A model generated the notes under the pieces. It did not search any database, was not told where the DNA came from, and saw nothing but the letters and a program-made list of their open reading frames with translations. This document shows positions 24,212 through 32,292 of a stretch of 64,000 bases of DNA, in pieces. Location of the stretch: assembly GCA_017644045.1 (NCBI GenBank), contig JAEPMI010000013.1, positions 327,556 to 391,555 of the forward strand. Reading direction: 5' to 3'. The stretch's first letter is position 1. The number at the start of each line of letters is the position of its first letter. Source of the DNA: Deltaproteobacteria bacterium. GTDB lineage: Bacteria > Myxococcota_A > Polyangia > Polyangiales > Houyiibacteriaceae. Position numbers and translations under genes: made by a program.

Positions 24212-27022
24212 ATGCTGCGCGCCATGCTTGGCCGACTCTCGGGGCTCCTGATCCTCTGCGGGCTCGTCGCTTCCTGCGGAGACGATGACTCCCCGCCCGA
24301 AGACATGGGCATGGCCGACGCGAACCGGACCGTGTTCTGCAACCCGCCCGAGATCGCCTGGGTCGGTCCGCCCATCGCCACCGGGGTCGGCGTGACCCGG
24401 ACCACGCGCGTCTCCGTCGAGCGAGACTTCTGCGAGGACCTCCCGCTCGAGCTGAGCTTCTCCGACCCGTCCATCGCGACCGCTCCAGCGACCGTGACGA
24501 TCGTCGCCGACACCAGCGAGGTGGAGGTCGAGATCACCGGCGCGGCGGTGGGCGAGACGGTCCTGACGGCCGCGTACACCGACCGCGTCACCAGCCAGCG
24601 TTTCGAGACGACGCTCGACGTTCGGGTCGCCGACTCCGCCGTGCCCACCTGTGAGGGGACCGGCGCCGGCGAGCTCGCGCCCGGCGGCGAGGTTCGCGTC
24701 AGCGGGAGCTCCGTCGGCATCGCGCTCGCCGAGGGCGCCGCGGCCGACAATCGCTACCACGTCGATCCCTTCGACGTGTCGATCGAGTGCGCCGACGACA
24801 TCGTGCCAGAGGGCTACGTCGCCATCGGGCCGGCAGTGACCATCGGGCCGAGCCACGTGCGGCTTCGGCGCGAGGTGCCGATCACGATCCCCGCCGAGGT
24901 CGCGCTCCTACCGAGCGGCGCCAAGCGCAAGCACGTCGAGATCGCCTACGTCGGCACCAACGTCGGCGAGCCCCGCATCGTCCCGGTGGCCAACCCGGAC
25001 CTGCTGAGCGAGCAGGGCATGATGACCTTCTGGGTGCCCCGCCTCGGTACCTACCAGGCCGTGCATCGCGAGGGCATCCCCACCACCCGCGAGCGTCGCT
25101 TCTCCTATCGGGCGATCACCGGCGTCTCGATGGGCTCGGGCGGATCGGCGCTGATCGGGACCCACAACCCGGAGCGCTTCGACTTCGTCGGTCCGCTCGG
25201 GGGGCCGGTCGATTGGATCCACATGCTCCACTACATCCGGACTTGGCACCTCGGCGGCTTCTGCACCGAGGCCGAGCGCGAGCTCGACCCGGAGGGGTGC
25301 GCCGCGGGCTCGAGCTCCGACCGAACCCCCGTGCCGCCGCGGCTCCACGAGGTCGATCAGGACTACGAGCACTGGTACTTCCCCGAGGACGTCGGCGGGC
25401 AGGGCGGGACCTTCGACCGCCGGCAGTACATGCAGATCTTCCAGGACCTCTCGCGGATGTTCGAGAACCCGAACTCGACGCGGAGCCTCGACCCGAGCGA
25501 GCCGAACATCACACCTCCCGGCGTGCCCGACAGCGAGCGGATGCGACCGCGCGCCGAGCGCTGCAGCGACCCGGTGATCATCGCGGCCAACGCCGACGGC
25601 GGCGACGCCGATCCCGCGACGGGCTTCTATGACGACGAGTACAACCCCGAGGGCCAGTACCCGGTCATGACCTTCTGCGACGGCGCGGAGATCGTCGTGG
25701 GCGGTGCGCGGGACGTCGGCGTCTGGGACTCGTCGCCCGATGCACGCAACGACGCGCCGATCGAGGTGGCCCTGGCCGTCGACATCGACGGCGATGGCGT
25801 ACGCGATCCGGGCGAGCCGGTGATCCGTCAGGGCCGCGAACCCTTCGAGGACTGCGGTCTCGACCAGGTCTGCAACGAAGACGAGGAAGGCTACGACCCC
25901 GTCACGAACCCGGACCCGGCCGGCGACGACTACGACTTCCAGTACAACCCGCGCGGCACGGAGAACAACTGGCTGCGGGACTACACGGGCGAGCCAGTCG
26001 ATGGGTGCGACAGCCCCTTCGCGGAGGCCGGCGTCGGTGAGCTCTTCAGCGACGATGGCCTGGACGGTGTGCCCGGCACGCCGCAGCTCGGCGACGGCGG
26101 CTACGACTCCGGCGAAGGCGACGGCTGCTGGACGATGGCGCGAGGCATGCGCCAGATGCTCGACAACAACCCGCGGAGCTTCGTGCTCGAGGAAGACATC
26201 GAGGTGCTCCGCGACCTCGACTTCTTCGGCGACGGCGGCGTGCGCGACCTCTTCAACTTCGGCGCGAACCAGGACCAGCTCGCGGGAGCGTTCGTCGCCC
26301 GCGGCTTCCCCCTCCAGCTCTACAACAACCACGCCGCGCTTCAGGACGCTTCGCTCGACGAGCTCGAGTTCAGCTACCGCGAGGTCGACTGGAGCGAGAT
26401 CGGTCAGTACGTCCAGCTCCGCTACGGCGACATCGACGCGACCGCGCGCCAGCTCGAGATGGGCGACGGGGCCCACGTCGGGACCATCAATCAGACGGTC
26501 ACCCGCATGCTCAGCGTGATGGCCTGGATGGGCCAGCGCTGGCCCGACGGCGACCGCAGCCGGGTCGCGGACCGCATCTGCACCGAGATCAACGCTCAGT
26601 GCGACGACATCAACCAGTTCACCTTCGACTTCACCTCGTCTCGGGGGCGCACGGGCCCGGTCTCGGTCGTGCTCCCGCCCGGCTACTTCCAGGACGAGTA
26701 CCAGGACACGACCTACCCGGTGGTCTACCTGCTCCACGGCTATGGCATGACGCCGGAGGACCTGCTCCCGACCGGCGTGTTGATCTGGAGCTTCATGACC
26801 ACCGGCTCCATTCCCGAGGCGCAGCGGCTGCAGAAGATGATCTTCGTCTTCCCGGACGGTCAGTGCCGCGGCGACGAGTGCGTGCGAGGAACCTTCTTCG
26901 CCGACTCCCCGGAGTCGAACCCGGGCGGCGCTCAGATGGAGACGTTCATGCTCGAGTTGATGGATCACATCGACGAGACGTACCGAACGCGCGATCCTGA
27001 GACTCACACCATCGTAGAGTAG
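24212..27022 (+). CDS. Large lipoprotein (936 aa) carrying esterase-D/PF00756-like segments in permuted order plus Asp-rich calcium-binding-like loops
   Basis: MLRAMLGRLSGLLILCGLVASCGDDDSPP lipobox. The nucleophile-elbow segment RAITGVSMGSGGSALIGTHNPERFDFVGP is near 25.1 kb. YPVVYLLHGYGMTPEDL...MIFVFPDG...ETFMLELMDHIDETY is at the extreme C-terminus. DIDGDGVRDPGEP-type loops lie between them. Confidence 0.7.
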   Translation: MLRAMLGRLSGLLILCGLVASCGDDDSPPEDMGMADANRTVFCNPPEIAWVGPPIATGVGVTRTTRVSVERDFCEDLPLELSFSDPSIATAPATVTIVADTSEVEVEITGAAVGETVLTAAYTDRVTSQRFETTLDVRVADSAVPTCEGTGAGELAPGGEVRVSGSSVGIALAEGAAADNRYHVDPFDVSIECADDIVPEGYVAIGPAVTIGPSHVRLRREVPITIPAEVALLPSGAKRKHVEIAYVGTNVGEPRIVPVANPDLLSEQGMMTFWVPRLGTYQAVHREGIPTTRERRFSYRAITGVSMGSGGSALIGTHNPERFDFVGPLGGPVDWIHMLHYIRTWHLGGFCTEAERELDPEGCAAGSSSDRTPVPPRLHEVDQDYEHWYFPEDVGGQGGTFDRRQYMQIFQDLSRMFENPNSTRSLDPSEPNITPPGVPDSERMRPRAERCSDPVIIAANADGGDADPATGFYDDEYNPEGQYPVMTFCDGAEIVVGGARDVGVWDSSPDARNDAPIEVALAVDIDGDGVRDPGEPVIRQGREPFEDCGLDQVCNEDEEGYDPVTNPDPAGDDYDFQYNPRGTENNWLRDYTGEPVDGCDSPFAEAGVGELFSDDGLDGVPGTPQLGDGGYDSGEGDGCWTMARGMRQMLDNNPRSFVLEEDIEVLRDLDFFGDGGVRDLFNFGANQDQLAGAFVARGFPLQLYNNHAALQDASLDELEFSYREVDWSEIGQYVQLRYGDIDATARQLEMGDGAHVGTINQTVTRMLSVMAWMGQRWPDGDRSRVADRICTEINAQCDDINQFTFDFTSSRGRTGPVSVVLPPGYFQDEYQDTTYPVVYLLHGYGMTPEDLLPTGVLIWSFMTTGSIPEAQRLQKMIFVFPDGQCRGDECVRGTFFADSPESNPGGAQMETFMLELMDHIDETYRTRDPETHTIVE

Positions 27023-27047
27023 GCTCGAGCCAGAAGACCGCGCAGAC

Positions 27048-28124
<1,077 letters not shown>

Positions 28125-28182
28125 GCGCGGATTGGCCGCGCCACCGCTCCGAGGGCTACGATCCCTCTCGGAGGTGGTGGTG

Positions 28183-28995
28183 ATGCGCTGGGTCATTCTC
28201 TTCTCGGGACTCCTGATCGCGTGCGGGGACGACGACGGATCGGCCGACGGTCCGGGATCCGACATGGCGGTCGCTGACTCCGGTAGCGGCGAGAGCGACG
28301 CTGGTGGCGGCGACGATGGCGGCCCGGCCGAAGACGGCGGCTCGCTGGACGACGGCGGCCCCGAGGGCGACATGGGTCCGGTCTGCAGCGAGATGAACCC
28401 GAGCGGGTTCTGCTCCGAGCGCGGCGTGAGCTGTGAGTGTTGCCCCGCGGGCGGGCCGCGTTCCAACTGCCTGTGCACCAGCACCTGCATGACGGACGAC
28501 GACTGCACGAACGCGGAGCGGCCGCGCTGCAACCGGGACATGATGAACCCCGGCGCGACCGGCATCTGCACTCCGACCGAGTTCGCCTGTGCCTGGGGGG
28601 CGATCTGCGCATCGCCCGACACCCCGATCGCCACGCCCGATGGTGATCGCGCGATCGGAACGCTGGTGCCCGGTGACCTCGTCTTCTCCATCGAAGATGG
28701 GGCGGTCGTCGCGGTCCCCATCGCGCGGGTCGCGCAGACCGAGGTCGACGAACACGTCGTCGTCCGCATCCGCCTCGACGGCGGTGACGAGCTCTTCCTG
28801 AGCCCGGGTCACCCGCTGGCCGATGGCGGCTCCGTGGGCGAGCTGGAGCCCGGCGACCTGCTCGGCGAGCTCGAGGTGCTCGAGACGGAGCTCGTCGAGT
28901 ACGAGCACCCGTCCACCCACGACATCTTGCCGGCGTCCGAGACCGGCGCGTACTTCGCCGGCGGCGCGCTGATGGGATCGTCGCTCTTCGAGTGA
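28183..28995 (+). CDS. Lipoprotein with Cys-rich N-domain and C-terminal Hint (hedgehog/intein, bacterial intein-like) domain
   Basis: MRWVILFSGLLIACGDDDGS lipobox. From about 28606 the sequence reads C-ASPDTPIATPDGDRAIGTLVPGDLVFS (Hint block A-like), LSPGHPL (TxxH-like block B) and THDILPASETGAYFAGGALMGS (block F/G-like). The protein ends 5 aa later. Confidence 0.6.
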   Translation: MRWVILFSGLLIACGDDDGSADGPGSDMAVADSGSGESDAGGGDDGGPAEDGGSLDDGGPEGDMGPVCSEMNPSGFCSERGVSCECCPAGGPRSNCLCTSTCMTDDDCTNAERPRCNRDMMNPGATGICTPTEFACAWGAICASPDTPIATPDGDRAIGTLVPGDLVFSIEDGAVVAVPIARVAQTEVDEHVVVRIRLDGGDELFLSPGHPLADGGSVGELEPGDLLGELEVLETELVEYEHPSTHDILPASETGAYFAGGALMGSSLFE

Positions 28996-28996
28996 G

Positions 28997-30148
28997 TCAG
29001 CGTTCGCCAGGTAGGGCGGCGTCGACGATCTTCTCGGTGAGGCGGGCGACCCCCAGCTCTGCCAGGGCGTCGATTCGATGGCGAGTCACCGCGCTCTTCG
29101 CGGCGGCCTTCGCGGCGGTCGCGCGGTAGACCTGCACGCTGTAGCGGCGGTGGCTGAGGACGTGGATGACCGAGCCACAGCGATCGCCGATCGTCGCCCG
29201 GAGTCCATGTTCGTGGAGACAGCGAAGTGCTTCGTCTCCGCCGCTGCTCGCTCCGCGCTCGCCGAGCTCCAGCTGGGTGGGCGGCGACTCGACCATCGGC
29301 ACCATCCAGAGCCCGGCGAATAGCTCGCCTTCTTCGCGCTTGGTGAGGAAGACCTCGCGCGCGGCGCCGCGTCCACGGGTCGCGACCACGGCCGTGAGGC
29401 TGACCTCGGTCGGCTTCTTCTTCTTGCGCGGGACCGGTAGCGTCTCCTGGATGCCCGCTTCGCGAGCCTCGCATCGCTCGGCCCACGGACAGGCGCCGCA
29501 GCTCGGGGATTTGGGCGTGCAGACGAGCGCGCCGAGCTCCATGAGCGCCTGGTTGAAGTCGCCGGGCCGCGGTCCCTGGACGAGCTCCTCGGCGTGCGCC
29601 CAGAGCGCCTTCTCGGTGGCGGCCTTCCCAAGCATCGTCTCGATGCGGAACACCCGGCTCAGGACGCGCGCGACGTTCCCGTCGACGATCGGTTCCGGCA
29701 ACCCGAACGCGATCGAACCGAGGGCGCCCGCCGTGTATCGGCCGACGCCCGGGAGTGCGAGTCGGGCGGCCGGATCGCGCGGGAGCTCGCCGCCATAGCT
29801 GGCGACCATCTCCTTCACGCCGGCATGGAGCATGCGCGCGCGCCGGTAGTAGCCGAGCCCGCTCCACGCCGCGAGCACGTCGTCCTCGCTGGCGTCGGCC
29901 AGCGCCTGGGCCGTGGGAAAGCGCTCGAGGAAGCGGTGGTAGTAGGGGATGGCCGTGTCGACACGGGTCTGCTGACACATGACCTCGCTCACCCAGATCG
30001 CATAGGGATCGGAGGTCTCGCGCCAGGGCAGCGAGCGGCCATGCGCGTCGTACCAATCCAACAGCTCGGCGCGCATGCTCACGAGCGCGGTCGTAGCATG
30101 GGGGCGGGCTGCCTCCACCACCGTTGATGGATTGCACCCACGCTGCAC
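28997..30148 (-). CDS. mutY: A/G-specific adenine DNA glycosylase MutY
   Basis: LLDWYDAHGRSLPWR, DPYAIWVSEVMCQQTRV, HhH-GPD LPGVGRYTAGA and the 4Fe-4S loop CTPKSPSCGACPWAERC are present, with a NUDIX-like C-domain. The start may instead be ATG 30076 (MRAELLDWY). Confidence 0.85.
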   Translation of the reverse strand: MQRGCNPSTVVEAARPHATTALVSMRAELLDWYDAHGRSLPWRETSDPYAIWVSEVMCQQTRVDTAIPYYHRFLERFPTAQALADASEDDVLAAWSGLGYYRRARMLHAGVKEMVASYGGELPRDPAARLALPGVGRYTAGALGSIAFGLPEPIVDGNVARVLSRVFRIETMLGKAATEKALWAHAEELVQGPRPGDFNQALMELGALVCTPKSPSCGACPWAERCEAREAGIQETLPVPRKKKKPTEVSLTAVVATRGRGAAREVFLTKREEGELFAGLWMVPMVESPPTQLELGERGASSGGDEALRCLHEHGLRATIGDRCGSVIHVLSHRRYSVQVYRATAAKAAAKSAVTRHRIDALAELGVARLTEKIVDAALPGER

Positions 30149-30255
30149 GAATCCCGCGGCGGTCGTGCCTTTGGCGCACCAACTGTGTGCGAAGCGTCGT
30201 AGATCGCGGTGGCGCGCTTTGGCACCTTCGGCCGCGGAACACGGAGGTTGGTTAC

Positions 30256-32181
30256 ATGCGACGCGTAGTTTGGTTGCTTCCTTTCTTGGCCGCGATGGCC
30301 TTTGGTTGCGGTGAGTCCACGGTGGTGGACTCGGACGGAGGCGACGACGCCGACGCCGCCGTGACTCCCACCTGCGGCGAACGCGGGACCGATTGCTGTG
30401 ACGGCGACCTCTGTGAGGCCGGCCTGAGCTGCGAGGGTGGGACCTGCATCGATCCGACCTCCTGCGGCTTCGTCGGTGAGCCGTGCTGTGAAGATGGCGA
30501 CGAGTGCACCGGCACCGCGGTTTGCAACGCCTCGGGCGTCTGCGAGCCCGGCACCCCCGCCTGCGGCGACGAGGGCGATCCCTGCTGCGATGGCGACACC
30601 TGTACCGGGGACCTCGTGTGCACCGCCGGTGGCACCTGTGAGACCGAGACGCCCGACTGCGGCACCGTGGGCCTCAGCTGCTGCGACGGTGACGTCTGCA
30701 GCTCCGGCATCTGCGTGGATGGCACCTGCGAGCCCGAGCCGACCTGCGGCACGGTCGGCAACGAGTGCTGCGACGGCGGCCTCTGCGACACGGGCGTCTG
30801 CTCCGGCGGCAACTGCATCGCCTGCGGCGCCGGCGGCCAGACCTGCTGCGCCGGTGACGTCTGCGACAGCGGCAACACCTGCGATGGCGACACCTGCGTT
30901 TCGTGTGGCGGCGCTGGCGAGGCCTGCTGCGATCGCGGCACCTGCGACGGCGGCGGCTGCTGCGTCGGTGGTGACTGCGTCGCCGACGGCGACGACTGCG
31001 TGCCCGGCACGACGTGCGGCAGCGGAAGCTGCGGCGGCTGTGGTGGCCCCGGTGAGCCTTGCTGCCCCGGCAACACCTGCACCGCGGGTGGCGTGACGTG
31101 TGGCGCGGGCGGGAGCTGCGTGGCCTGCGGCGGCGCGGGTCAGCCCTGCTGCGGCGGCGACTCCTGCGACGGCGGCCTCGGCTGCGGTCCGGCGGGCGTC
31201 TGCGCCGCGTGTGGTGGCGCCGGCGAGGTGTGTTGCGCCGGTGACAGCTGCGACGCGGGCTTCGCCTGTGGCGGCGGCGACGTCTGCGTGACCTGCGGTG
31301 GACCGGGCGAGGCCTGCTGCGCGGGCGATACCTGCACCGATGGCTGCTGCGACCCTTCGACGGACGCGTGCGTCGCGACCGGTAGCGACTGCGGGTTCGG
31401 CGCGTGCGGTGCCAGCGGCAGCTGCGAGGTCTGCGGCTTCGCGGGCGAAGCCTGCTGCCCGGGCGACACCTGCGAGGGCGGCGGCTGCTGTGACGGCAGC
31501 ACCTGTGTGGCCAGCGGCTACGCGGTCTCGACGAGCGGCGAGGTCTGCAGCAACGGCATGGTCTCCGCCTGTGGCGGCGACGGACAGCCCTGCTGTGGTG
31601 ACCAGACCTGCAACGCGGGCGGCTGCTGCATCAACGGGACCTGCGCCGGCGCTGGCGAGGAGTGCTTCTCCGCCGGTGGTCCCGGTGGTGGCACCTTCAC
31701 CTGCATGGACAGCGAGTGCGCGACCGCCGGTGGCACCGACTGCGGCACGATCGGTGACGGCTGCTGCAACAGCCCCTTCGGCCGCTTCTGCACCGAGGCG
31801 GGCTCCATCTGCACGGGTGGCTTCGGCGGTGGCAACTGTCTCGCCTGCGGCGACCCCGGCGAGGCGTGTTGCGAGGGCCAGGCCTGCAACGGCGGTGGCT
31901 GCTGCGTCGACGGCGAGTGCGTCGGTGAGACCGACAGCTGCGGCGCCGGCGAGGGCAGCTGCGTCGCGGGCGCCTGTCAGGACGGCGCGTGCGGTCGCGT
32001 CGGTGGCCCGTGCTGTGGTTCCGGGATCGGTTGCAGCGCGCCCTTCGCCGTCTGCGGCGGCGGCGTCTGCGTCAGCTGCGGTGGTCTCGGCGAGAGCTGC
32101 TGCGGTGGCAACGAGTGCGCGCTGCCCTACGTGTGTCAGTTCGGCGGCGGTGGCGGCACCTGCGTCGAACCGTCCCCGTGA
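30256..32181 (+). CDS. Cys/Gly-rich repeat lipoprotein (641 aa), 17 CGxxGxxCC units, no family recognised
   Basis: MRRVVWLLPFLAAMAFGCGES lipobox after GGAGG. By my count there are 17 copies of C-G-x-x-G-x-x-C-C and 22 CC doublets, each followed by x-G-x-x-C-x-x-G-x-x-C. All six frames are open here, so strand choice rests on the lipobox and the Cys periodicity. Confidence 0.7.
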   Translation: MRRVVWLLPFLAAMAFGCGESTVVDSDGGDDADAAVTPTCGERGTDCCDGDLCEAGLSCEGGTCIDPTSCGFVGEPCCEDGDECTGTAVCNASGVCEPGTPACGDEGDPCCDGDTCTGDLVCTAGGTCETETPDCGTVGLSCCDGDVCSSGICVDGTCEPEPTCGTVGNECCDGGLCDTGVCSGGNCIACGAGGQTCCAGDVCDSGNTCDGDTCVSCGGAGEACCDRGTCDGGGCCVGGDCVADGDDCVPGTTCGSGSCGGCGGPGEPCCPGNTCTAGGVTCGAGGSCVACGGAGQPCCGGDSCDGGLGCGPAGVCAACGGAGEVCCAGDSCDAGFACGGGDVCVTCGGPGEACCAGDTCTDGCCDPSTDACVATGSDCGFGACGASGSCEVCGFAGEACCPGDTCEGGGCCDGSTCVASGYAVSTSGEVCSNGMVSACGGDGQPCCGDQTCNAGGCCINGTCAGAGEECFSAGGPGGGTFTCMDSECATAGGTDCGTIGDGCCNSPFGRFCTEAGSICTGGFGGGNCLACGDPGEACCEGQACNGGGCCVDGECVGETDSCGAGEGSCVAGACQDGACGRVGGPCCGSGIGCSAPFAVCGGGVCVSCGGLGESCCGGNECALPYVCQFGGGGGTCVEPSP

Positions 32182-32292
32182 CCTGAGGCGAGGGCCCCGG
32201 TTCGGTGACTGCATCGGACCGGGTGCTCGCATTCTCGAGAGGGCCGAGTTTCCACGGGCGCGTCAGCGGGGTTGACCCTATGCTGGCGCCCG

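Noticed and set aside
30220-30234. Sigma-54-like TGGCAC upstream of the Cys/Gly repeat gene
   Set aside because: The -12 GC dinucleotide is not at the canonical spacing: the sequence is TGGCAC-cttcg-gccg rather than TGGCAC-N5-TTGC. The implied transcription start would also fall inside the GGAGG ribosome-binding site.
30256-32181. CRISPR-like periodicity in the 30.3-32.2 kb and 61.9-63.1 kb regions
   Set aside because: The periodic units are in-frame protein repeats (about 80-100 bp, degenerate) with no alternation of identical repeats and unique spacers. No cas genes are present in the window.
30079-32232. 717-aa Ala-rich minus-strand ORF, plus several other open frames (30252-31082 minus, 30437-31096 plus, 31298-32275 plus), over the Cys/Gly repeat gene
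   Set aside because: All six frames are open because of the (GGC/TGC/GAC)-type codon repetition. Only the 30256 frame has a Shine-Dalgarno sequence, a lipobox and a regular Cys register. I still flag strand and frame as needing experimental confirmation.
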